DNA from: Gemmatimonadota bacterium
Lineage (GTDB): Bacteria > Gemmatimonadota > Gemmatimonadetes > Palauibacterales > Palauibacteraceae
Reading direction: 5' to 3'
NCBI GenBank assembly: GCA_039588275.1
Contig: JBDHAC010000076.1
Location: 1 to 24,313 of the forward strand
Length of the DNA: 24,313 bases
The notes under the pieces were generated by a model. The model was given only the letters and a program-made list of their open reading frames with translations. It ran no database searches and had not been told where the DNA came from. Position numbers and translations under genes: made by a program. Shown here one piece after another: positions 1-7,602 of this stretch (its first letter is position 1; each line of letters begins with the position of its first letter).

Positions 1-104
1 GCGGCAAGGCCCGACCCCGCGGGCGAGGGCGCACCGCCGGGCGTCGCGAGCGTGGATGGCGGCGCCCGACTGATCGTATTGGGAGTCCGTGGACCCCGCA
101 TATT

Positions 105-2261
105 CTAGTTCTCTTCGGCGGATTCTCGCGCGCGTGACAGGACGAAGCCCTGGATCAGGCGGACGTCTTCCGGGCTCAGCACATCGTCGAACCGCGGCAT
201 GCCCAGTGGCTCCCGTAGGCCCCCCAGCACGATCTGCTCGAAAGTCTCGTGCGTCGCGGTCGTCGCTCGCCTGAGATCCGGCACGCCACCGCCGCTGACG
301 GCGTCGAACCCGTGGCAGGCCCAGCACCGGTCCGAATACAGCTCGCTTCCGCGTTCGATCTCGGCCTCGGTCAGCTGGAGCTCGAAGGTGGGAGCCTCGA
401 TCGGCGGCAGCGGAGGTCTAGGCTCCGGCAGGGCCGCGGTACCATCGAGAGCGAACGCCAGAATTCGACCCGGTCCGACGCTGCCGGTGCCGAGCGGCGT
501 ATTGATCAGCACCTCCGGACCGCCCCAACCCGCGAGCACCGCTATGTATTGCGTCCTATCCACCGAATACGTGATCGGGGGGGCCGCGATTCCCGTCTCG
601 TGCTGGAACTCCCACAGCGCTTCGCCGTCGGTGGCCCGGTAGGCTCGCAGGAGTCCATCGGCGCGCCCCTGAAACACCAGGTTCCCCGCAGTCGACAGGG
701 TCCCGCCGCTCAGCGGGTCCGGTTGATCCACGCGCCACACCTCCTCACCGGCGACCGGATCCCATGCAACGAGGTGTCCTCTCGCCGTCATCTCCTCGCC
801 GGTCGCGGGACCGTCGTAGCCGAAATCCGCCCCGATGTTGAGGCTCTTGGGATCGTAGCTCCACCCATCGTCGATCGAATGGAGCATGGAGTGCTCGTAT
901 ACGGGGAAGTAGATCAGTCCGGTCTCCGGGTTGTAAGACATCGGATGCCAGTTGTGCGAACCCTCGGGTCCCGGGGCGACGTGCATGCCACCCTCGAGCT
1001 CGCGCGCCGCGGCGTTCTCGATCGGACGTCCGTCTGCGTCGATCCCCGTAGCCCAGTTGATGTCCGCGAACGCGTCGCCGGACAGGAACTCGCCCGTCTC
1101 ACGATCGATCACATAGAAGAACCCGTTCTTCGGCGCCTGCATGATCACTCGCCGCTCACGTCCATCGATCTCGAGCTCGGCGAGCATGAGCGGCTGAGTG
1201 GCCGTGTAGTCCCAGTTGTCGCCGGGGGTAGTCTGGTAGTGCCAGGCGTACTCCCCGTCCGAGGCGTGCACGGCGAGGATCGAGGAGAGGTAGAGGTTGT
1301 CGCCGCCGCCGGGGCTCCGGAGCCGCTCGTACCACGGCGAGCCGTTCCCCACCCCGATGTAGACGAGATCGAGCTCGGGATCGTAGACGATCGCGTCCCA
1401 GGCGGTCCCGCCGCCGCCGGCCGTCCACCACTCGCCCGACCACGTCTCGGCCGCGGCCTCGAGGGCCGCGGACTCGTGTCCGTCCGCCGGATTCCCGGGG
1501 ACCGTATACACGCGCCAGTCCAGCTCGCCGGTCTCGGCGTCGTAGGCGGAGACGAAGCCGCGCACGCCGAACTCCGCGCCGCCGTTCCCGATCAGGACCC
1601 GACCCCCAGCGATCCGGGGCGCGCCCGTGATCGAATAGGCCTGGCCCTCGGGCGTCGTGCGCGTCTCCCACACCGGTTCGCCGGTCTCCGCGGTGACCGC
1701 GACCAGTCGGCCGTCCAGCGTCCCGGCGAAGACCTTCCCGCGGTAGAATGCGGGCCCGCGGTTGACCACGTCGCAGCACACGTAGCGCGCGTGTCCGCGC
1801 GGAACCTGCGGATCGTGCGTCCACAAGAGCTCGCCGCTCGCCGCATCGAACGCGTGCAGGACGCTCCAGGCGCTGGTGGCGTACAGGACGCCGTTCACCA
1901 CGAGCGGCGTGCCCTCGAGCCCGCGCATGTGCCCGAAGTCGTGCGACCACGCCAACCCGAGGCGACCGACCGTCTCCTCGTTGATCTCGTCGAGCGGGCT
2001 GTGACGCTGCTCCTTATAGGTGCGGCCGTACGTGAGCCAGTTGGCTTCGTCCGCATCGGCGTCCGCCAGGCGCGCGTCGTCGACCGCGCCGGCACCCGTC
2101 ATGAGGTCCAGGTCGCGGGTGTCATCCGACGGGCCGCAGGCGGCTACCGACCCGAGAGCCGCGAGGGTGGCCCAGATCGCGAACGTCTGGATGTGTCGGG
2201 TCGTGTGGTTCTGACGGCTCGTAGGACGTGGGGAAAGAGGGATCCGGGCGGTGCGGCGCAT
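105..2261 (-). CDS. PQQ-dependent quinohemoprotein (type II) alcohol dehydrogenase with C-terminal cytochrome c, probable lipoprotein
   Basis: Vicinal Cys motif VCCDVVNRG, GNGGAEFGVRG, WDYTATQP, Trp-docking beta-propeller repeats, C-terminal heme motif CWACH and distal GMP. Start moved from 2300 to ATG 2261, which has GGGAG upstream; hydrophobic stretch ends in VAAC. Confidence 0.93.
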   Translation of the reverse strand: MRRTARIPLSPRPTSRQNHTTRHIQTFAIWATLAALGSVAACGPSDDTRDLDLMTGAGAVDDARLADADADEANWLTYGRTYKEQRHSPLDEINEETVGRLGLAWSHDFGHMRGLEGTPLVVNGVLYATSAWSVLHAFDAASGELLWTHDPQVPRGHARYVCCDVVNRGPAFYRGKVFAGTLDGRLVAVTAETGEPVWETRTTPEGQAYSITGAPRIAGGRVLIGNGGAEFGVRGFVSAYDAETGELDWRVYTVPGNPADGHESAALEAAAETWSGEWWTAGGGGTAWDAIVYDPELDLVYIGVGNGSPWYERLRSPGGGDNLYLSSILAVHASDGEYAWHYQTTPGDNWDYTATQPLMLAELEIDGRERRVIMQAPKNGFFYVIDRETGEFLSGDAFADINWATGIDADGRPIENAAARELEGGMHVAPGPEGSHNWHPMSYNPETGLIYFPVYEHSMLHSIDDGWSYDPKSLNIGADFGYDGPATGEEMTARGHLVAWDPVAGEEVWRVDQPDPLSGGTLSTAGNLVFQGRADGLLRAYRATDGEALWEFQHETGIAAPPITYSVDRTQYIAVLAGWGGPEVLINTPLGTGSVGPGRILAFALDGTAALPEPRPPLPPIEAPTFELQLTEAEIERGSELYSDRCWACHGFDAVSGGGVPDLRRATTATHETFEQIVLGGLREPLGMPRFDDVLSPEDVRLIQGFVLSRARESAEEN

Positions 2262-2410
2262 GGTTCGCTCCCGTCGCAAGGTGGCGCAATCGCAGTTCAA
2301 GGACTACGGAGACGCGCCATGATAGGTGCGATGACGCGCGAACGGTAGACGGGCACTGCATCGCCCCCGGTAAGCGGGAACGCTCACCCGACCGACCCGT
2401 AGAAGATCCC

Positions 2411-3544
2411 ATGAGGTTGACCCCTTCGATTCTCGCTCTCCTCGCGCTCACGGCGTCCGGCTGCAAGGCCATGTCCCCGCAGGATTCGGAGCTCTTCACG
2501 GCCGGTCCGCGGCTGTCCGTGGGAGAACGGCCCTCGGCCGTCGCAGCCGGCGATCTGGACGGCGACGGAGACCTCGATCTCCTCGTGGCGAACACGATGA
2601 GCGGCACGGTCACCTTCCTGCGGGGCGACGGGACCGGCGGCTTCGAGCGGTTGGCTGATTTCCCCGCCGGCGAGAACCCGGTGGACGTGGCGCTCGGGGA
2701 CTTCGACGAGGACGGAGATCTCGATGCCGCGATCGCTAACCATGAGACACTGTATCTGACTATTCTAGTTAACGATGGACTCGGTGACCTGAAGTTCACT
2801 GAAAAGTCACGGTTGAGCGTGGACATCGGCCCGCACCCACATGCCGTGCGTGTGACGGACCTCGACCGGGATGGCCACCTGGACCTGCTGGTCGATGACC
2901 GGGAGCGCGAAGCCATCCTCGTGATGGCCGGTGGGGGTGAGGGAGAGTTCACCGAACGGCAGCGCATCGACGTGGGCGGCGATCCGTACCGCGGCATGGC
3001 GATCGGAGACATGGACGGGGATGGCTGGGCCGACCTCGTCACCCCCAACCGAAGCGAGGTCGCCATCGTCCTGCGGGCCGGAGCGGAGCCAGCCGCCGAG
3101 CTCGCGGCGGAGAACTTTCGCGAGCCGGTAGGCATCCCTGCCCCGCAGCCGTTCGGCATCCAGGTAGCCGACCTGAACGGGGATCAACTGCTGGACGTCA
3201 TCTACGCGACCGAGCCGGGCGCCGTGCGAGTCCTGCCGGGCGAAGGCGCGGGCGCCGTCTCCAGCCAGGCCTGGTACCAGGAGCAGATGCCCCGCGGCGG
3301 GAAGGCCATCGCCGTGGGAGATTTCAACGCGGACGGGATTGACGACGCCGCCATTCAGAGCTTCTTCTCATCGGGCGTCAGAATCCTGTTGGGGGACGAG
3401 GCGGCGATCCGCACCACCGAAGTGGATGGAGGCGAGAATCCGTGGGGCATCGCGGTCGCCGACCTCAACGGGGACGGCCGTGACGACCTCGTCGTGTCGG
3501 ACCACGGGAGCGGTGAGGTACGCATCTTCCTCGCGCGTCCTTAA
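2411..3544 (+). CDS. FG-GAP/VCBS repeat lipoprotein (Ca-binding beta-propeller)
   Basis: Seven D-x-D/N-x-D-G/Q-x-x-D repeats (DLDGDGDLD, DFDEDGDLD, DLDRDGHLD, DMDGDGWAD, DLNGDQLLD, DFNADGIDD, DLNGDGRDD); signal peptide MRLTPSILALLALTASGC with lipobox. Confidence 0.88.
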   Translation: MRLTPSILALLALTASGCKAMSPQDSELFTAGPRLSVGERPSAVAAGDLDGDGDLDLLVANTMSGTVTFLRGDGTGGFERLADFPAGENPVDVALGDFDEDGDLDAAIANHETLYLTILVNDGLGDLKFTEKSRLSVDIGPHPHAVRVTDLDRDGHLDLLVDDREREAILVMAGGGEGEFTERQRIDVGGDPYRGMAIGDMDGDGWADLVTPNRSEVAIVLRAGAEPAAELAAENFREPVGIPAPQPFGIQVADLNGDQLLDVIYATEPGAVRVLPGEGAGAVSSQAWYQEQMPRGGKAIAVGDFNADGIDDAAIQSFFSSGVRILLGDEAAIRTTEVDGGENPWGIAVADLNGDGRDDLVVSDHGSGEVRIFLARP

Positions 3545-3565
3545 TCCCCCCTCCCTTTCTTTGGC

Positions 3566-3604
3566 TTGCGCACAGTCCTCCAATTGTGTACTATGTAGTA
3601 CACA
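3566..3604 (+). promoter_or_regulatory. Sigma70-type promoter with overlapping palindromic operator for the XRE operon
   Basis: TTGCGC (3566-3571), 17-bp spacer, TACTAT (3589-3594). Perfect inverted repeat TGTGTACTA-TG-TAGTACACA (3585-3604) covers the -10 and predicted +1; AT-rich in a GC-rich background. Confidence 0.75.
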
Positions 3605-3625
3605 GTACGCATCGTGAGGGGAGGC

Positions 3626-3979
3626 ATGGGAGGATTCGGACAGTTCGTGCGGGCACGGCGCGAGAAGCTGCAGAAGGAAGATCGTAGTTACTCGCTCCGC
3701 CAGGTGGCGGGTCGGATCGGCGTCGAGCCCTCGTACCTGAGCAAGGTGGAGCGCGAGCAGGTCCCTCCCCCGTCGGAGGAGACGATCATCCGGCTCGCGA
3801 CGGCCCTCGAGGTCGACTCGGACGTCCTGCTGGCGATGGCCGGTAAGGTGTCCAGCGACCTCCAGGAGGCGATCCGGCGACGCCCGCGGCTGTTCGCGGA
3901 GCTGATCCGCGAGCTCAAGGGCATGCCAGACCGGGCCGTGCTCAGGCTGGTGCGCGAGGTCCGGGACGGAGACTGGTAG
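3626..3979 (+). CDS. XRE/Cro-C1 family HTH transcriptional regulator
   Basis: FGQFVRARR...SLRQVAGRIGVEPSYLSKVERE...PPSEETIIRLATAL is a typical HTH_3 pattern; ATG 3626 follows GGGGAGG. Confidence 0.9.
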   Translation: MGGFGQFVRARREKLQKEDRSYSLRQVAGRIGVEPSYLSKVEREQVPPPSEETIIRLATALEVDSDVLLAMAGKVSSDLQEAIRRRPRLFAELIRELKGMPDRAVLRLVREVRDGDW

Positions 3980-4039
3980 TAGCCAGGAAGACTCGACCAC
4001 AAGAAAGACGTAGCCGTACGCCGTACCGAAGGAGGACCG

Positions 4040-5116
4040 ATGATAGAACTACGACAGGACGCCCTCGTCTTCTCGTTCCCGGAGGTGCACGAGCATGCCT
4101 CGTTCGGGATCGACTTTCAGCGGACGCTCCGGATCCCGGATGACGGGACCGACCACTTCCTCCCGCCCGGGCTCGGTCGCTTCCCGCTGCGGCACGTGGA
4201 CGACTTCGCCGCGCGCGTCCCCGCGACGTGGCTCGCGCACGGAGGCGTCATGCTGCCCATGTATCAGTCGGAGGCGATGTGGCTGAACTTCACCTCGCTC
4301 TCGGGAGCCGGGGCGGCGGATGATGACGAGTGGTACGGGTACGGCGGCGGCTTCTCGTATCCGTTCGCGGTCAAGATCGCGACCGGGAAGATCAACGCCG
4401 TCTCGGGAGAGGAATGGGAGGACGGGCTCCACCGAGATCCGCAGGACTACGTCGTCCTACCCGGGCAGCCGTGGCTCGACGGGTACTGCGTCGAGAAGGG
4501 GGTGATCCGACAGTTTGTGGCCATGCCGCTCGGGAGCGGGTACAGCGCCGAGGAGCAGATCACCGGGGCCGCCGAGCATGGCGGGGTCCAGGTCATCGCC
4601 TACCCGATGAAGACGGAGGCGTACGAGCGGCGGCTGGCGGCCTGGAAGAAGACGCAGCTGGTGAGACGACGCGAGGGCCCTGCCGAGTACGCGTGTCTGA
4701 GCCTGGGCGAACCCGCCGCATACGACATGGGGCTCGCACCCGGCGGGCGCATGCGGCAGGAGATCTACGACGACCCGAACCGGTTCGAAGAGTGGGACAC
4801 GCGGAGCGCGAGCCGCTGCTTCGTCCACCTGCCGAACTCGCTCGTGTGGCGCGCGATCACTGGCCAGAACCCGCCGACCACGCCGCCTACGTCGAAGGAG
4901 TACACGAACGCCGGGCTTCCCTGGTTCGATTACTACGCGCCGGAGCTGGAGGCCGTCGACGGGTCGAGCGTCCTGTCAAAGCTCAAGAGCGTGGTGACGT
5001 TCGGGAACGAAAAGGGGGATGTACCGCTCCCCGAGAACGAGTCGGTCACGCCCGAGCACGTGGTGGAGCTCCGAAGCGGGATGAAGCCCGGGCAGGTGCG
5101 CGAGGGACGATTCTAG
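4040..5116 (+). CDS. Conserved hypothetical soluble protein (FQRTLRIPDD / QPWLDG / RQFVAMPLG motif family)
   Basis: 358-aa ORF with strong RBS AAGGAGG, GC3-rich codons and no TM segment; co-oriented 60 bp after the XRE gene. Confidence 0.85.
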   Translation: MIELRQDALVFSFPEVHEHASFGIDFQRTLRIPDDGTDHFLPPGLGRFPLRHVDDFAARVPATWLAHGGVMLPMYQSEAMWLNFTSLSGAGAADDDEWYGYGGGFSYPFAVKIATGKINAVSGEEWEDGLHRDPQDYVVLPGQPWLDGYCVEKGVIRQFVAMPLGSGYSAEEQITGAAEHGGVQVIAYPMKTEAYERRLAAWKKTQLVRRREGPAEYACLSLGEPAAYDMGLAPGGRMRQEIYDDPNRFEEWDTRSASRCFVHLPNSLVWRAITGQNPPTTPPTSKEYTNAGLPWFDYYAPELEAVDGSSVLSKLKSVVTFGNEKGDVPLPENESVTPEHVVELRSGMKPGQVREGRF

Positions 5117-5137
5117 GCCCGTAACTTCAGGACGGAG

Positions 5138-5167
5138 TTGACTTACGCGCCCCGTTTCGCGTATACT
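5138..5167 (+). promoter_or_regulatory. Near-consensus sigma70 promoter upstream of csp
   Basis: TTGACT (5138-5143), 18-bp spacer, TATACT (5162-5167). Confidence 0.7.
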
Positions 5168-5193
5168 GTTCAGGCGTCCAGTAAGCGTACGAG

Positions 5194-5235
5194 AGGCGGG
5201 ATCTGGGGAGCGACCCAGAGCCCGCCTTTTTTCTT
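5194..5235 (+). terminator. Intrinsic terminator hairpin (within the predicted csp leader and downstream of the XRE operon)
   Basis: AGGCGGG-a-TCTGGG-gagcga-CCCAGA-g-CCCGCCT followed by TTTTTCTT. Confidence 0.75.
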
Positions 5236-5380
5236 GCGCCCGGACGAAGGCGCCTACCGTCACGGTGACGAAGGCGGCCAAGCACGACGCGGGGCCATTT
5301 CGGCTCGCGCGCACGCAGTCGGAAGTTGCGGCAGGTCCGTACTCTCCCGGCCACATCACCAAGTAAGTAGGAGTACGGCA

Positions 5381-5596
5381 ATGCCGAGCAACGGAACTGT
5401 GAAGTGGTTCAGCGACCAAAAGGGCTATGGCTTCATCGCTCTCGATGAAAGCCAGGGCGAGGTGTTCGTCCACCACACGGCTATTCAGGCCGAAGGCTTC
5501 AAGAGCCTCGCCGAGGGCGATCGCGTCGAGCTCGACGTCGTGGAGGGCCAGAAGGGCCCCGCGGCGGAGAACGTGAGGAAGCTGGCCGGCCTCTAA
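5381..5596 (+). CDS. cspA: Cold-shock protein (CspA family)
   Basis: [15 protein letters not shown] (RNP1), VFVHHTAI (RNP2), [25 protein letters not shown] before ATG 5381. The exact paralogue is not resolvable. Confidence 0.95.
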   Translation: MPSNGTVKWFSDQKGYGFIALDESQGEVFVHHTAIQAEGFKSLAEGDRVELDVVEGQKGPAAENVRKLAGL

Positions 5597-5624
5597 GGAC
5601 CGACCTGCAAGCTGGACCTCATTC

Positions 5625-5660
5625 GGGGCCGTCCTCTCATGAGGGCGGCCCCGTCTTCTT
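5625..5660 (+). terminator. Hairpin/weak terminator between csp and rpsU
   Basis: GGGGCCGTCCTC-tcat-GAGGGCGGCCCC (12-bp stem, one G-U) followed by GTCTTCTT. Confidence 0.55.
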
Positions 5661-5684
5661 ATATCACACGCCCGGGAGCGCCAG

Positions 5685-5900
5685 ATGGTCCAGGTGACAC
5701 TGAAAGAAACCGACGGGCTCGATTGGGCGCTAAAGCAGTTCCGTCGGAAGATGATCCGTTCGGGACTCTTCAAGGACATGAAGAAGCAACGCTTCTACGA
5801 GAAGCCCAGCGTCGCCAAACGGCGCAAGACGGCGGCCGCGCAACGCCGAAGAGCACGCGCACGCCGTCGCGCCCTCCTCCGGAAGAAGCGAGAGTTCTAG
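5685..5900 (+). CDS. rpsU: 30S ribosomal protein bS21
   Basis: 71 aa; ALKQFRRK...G..KDMKKQRFYEKPS..KRRK..AA.RR is the bS21 signature. Confidence 0.92.
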   Translation: MVQVTLKETDGLDWALKQFRRKMIRSGLFKDMKKQRFYEKPSVAKRRKTAAAQRRRARARRRALLRKKREF

Positions 5901-6055
5901 GCCGCAGCTGCGGCTGGGCCCGGCGGGCCACCCCAGCCGTCGCGGTGAGCGCCCGCTGCGCGTTGTTCTAGAGAGAGGGGACGCGGTTCTGCCGGGACGA
6001 AGACGCGCAGGGCGAAGCCTTGCAGAGCGCGTGCAATGCGGCGGGAGGCTCGGCG

Positions 6056-6535
6056 ATGACCACACGATCACGAGCGACTCGACCACGGATCGCTCGAACC
6101 TCACGCGGACGACGGATTCCGGCGTGGTGCGTCCGAGCCCTGTGGGTGGTCGCCATCCCCGCCACGAGCCTGACCTCGTGCCGCGCGGGTCCCACCGAGA
6201 TCCCGGACGTCCTGACAGGTCGCTGGGGCGGGGATGGGTTTTCGCTCTTGGTCACCACCGACTCCGCCTCTGCGCGTTTCGCCTGCGCGTACGGAGAGCT
6301 CCGAGTGCCGATTCCGCTTTCGTCGGAAGGAGCGTTCTCGGTAGAGGGTGACTTCGTGCGTGAGATCGGACCCGCCGCGCTCGGCAACCCCGCGCGCTAT
6401 GAAGGGCAGGTGCGTGGGATTCGCATCTCGCTCCGGGTCCTCGTGACCGACACGGTCTTCGGGACGGGCACGAGCACGCTGGGTCCGTTCGAGGGTCTTC
6501 GGGACGGCGAGGCTCGTGTCGCCTACTGTCAGTAG
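6056..6535 (+). CDS. Hypothetical lipoprotein
   Basis: ATG 6056 after GGGAGG; basic N-terminus, hydrophobic stretch, lipobox-like LTSC; beta-rich mature part (LTGRWGG, FAC, C-terminal CQ). Confidence 0.65.
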   Translation: MTTRSRATRPRIARTSRGRRIPAWCVRALWVVAIPATSLTSCRAGPTEIPDVLTGRWGGDGFSLLVTTDSASARFACAYGELRVPIPLSSEGAFSVEGDFVREIGPAALGNPARYEGQVRGIRISLRVLVTDTVFGTGTSTLGPFEGLRDGEARVAYCQ

Positions 6536-6578
6536 GTCAGCACCTGCGTGACGAGCAGGACGGACCCCTTCGACCTCC

Positions 6579-6635
6579 GGAACTGCGACGAATCGTCCGG
6601 TTAGTAAGGGCGAACCAACGCCGTCTTCTGGAGGC
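6579..6635 (+). pseudogene. 3' fragment of a DUF4160-type gene
   Basis: 51/57 nt identical to 20854-20910 by manual alignment; translates ELRRIVRLVRANQRRLLEA versus ELRSIVRLVRANQRRLLEA. Confidence 0.85.
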
Positions 6636-6641
6636 TTTAGA

Positions 6642-7448
6642 GTGAGAGCGCGACACAGCCGCTGGACCCCCCGCGTCTTCTCGGCAGCTATCGCCGCCCT
6701 GTTGGCCGGCGTCGGTACAACGGCGTGCGGCAGCGCCGCCGGGACCGGCGTGGAGACTGGACCGCGGCCTGCAGCCGAGGTCGACGCACGGCCCGCCGCG
6801 GAAGCCGGGGCCCGGCCCCCTGCCGACTCGATAGCCGAGCTCGAGGCGCTTTACCGGGCCCGAACGGACAGCGCCCGCATGCACTTCACGGCGGCCGACG
6901 TCCACTTCATGACCGGCATGATCGGCCACCACGCGCAGGCGCTCATCATGTCGGCACTCGCCCCCACGCACGGTGCGAGCCCGCAGATCCAGACGTTGGC
7001 CGCCCGCATCATCAACGCCCAGAACGACGAGATCGCCCTCATGCAGGCGTGGCTCGCCGATCGAGGACAGTCGGTGCCCGAGGTGGAGATCGAGGGGACG
7101 ACGCTCACGGTGCACGGCGCCGAGCACGCCACCCACATGCCCGGGATGCTCACCGAGGAACAGATGCGGGAGCTGGATGCGGCGAGGGGGCCGGAGTTCG
7201 ACCGCGTCTTCCTCACCTACATGATCCAGCACCACCGCGGGGCGGTCACCATGGTCCACGAGCTGTTCGGCACCGACGGCGCCGCGCAGGATGAGGCGGC
7301 GTTCAAGCTCGCCTCCGCTATCCAGGTGGATCAGCTGACCGAGATCGCCCGCATGGAGCTCATGCTGGAGGAGCGCTCCGGCGACCGGTCCGACGAACGG
7401 TCCGACGAACCATCGGGAACGGCGTCGGCTCGTGAGCCGCGGACGTGA
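6642..7448 (+). CDS. DUF305 (ferritin-like, CopM-related) lipoprotein
   Basis: ADVHFMTGMIGHHAQAL.M, LAARIINAQNDEI..M..WL, MPGML, FDRVFLTYMIQHHRGAV.M; lipobox TTAC; GTG start after GGAGG. Confidence 0.9.
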   Translation: MRARHSRWTPRVFSAAIAALLAGVGTTACGSAAGTGVETGPRPAAEVDARPAAEAGARPPADSIAELEALYRARTDSARMHFTAADVHFMTGMIGHHAQALIMSALAPTHGASPQIQTLAARIINAQNDEIALMQAWLADRGQSVPEVEIEGTTLTVHGAEHATHMPGMLTEEQMRELDAARGPEFDRVFLTYMIQHHRGAVTMVHELFGTDGAAQDEAAFKLASAIQVDQLTEIARMELMLEERSGDRSDERSDEPSGTASAREPRT

Positions 7449-7602
7449 AACCGGACTCTCCTTCGACTCGTGATGACCCTGGACCGATTCCTACGAAACG
7501 GGCGCGGATCCGATCGTGAAGATCGGGCGTCGCGCGGTGTCCGATTGTCACTCGCACATCGACTTCACGCGTACATCGACCCTGGACCGAGAGGAACATG
7601 TA

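Noticed and set aside
249..2348. Long ORFs antisense to or frame-shifted against real genes (249..2348, 2122..3159, 7360..9597, 12933..14018, 16949..18559, 17208..19475 and others)
   Set aside because: Shadow ORFs expected in high-GC DNA; Arg/Pro/Gly-rich, no motifs, and fully overlapping well-supported genes.
7386..7410. 12-bp tandem duplication (RSDE-RSDE) in the DUF305 tail; similar ETEEG duplication near 12573-12608 and GAGGCTCGAT twice before the tricorn start
   Set aside because: Two-copy slippage events in low-complexity or linker sequence with no evident function.
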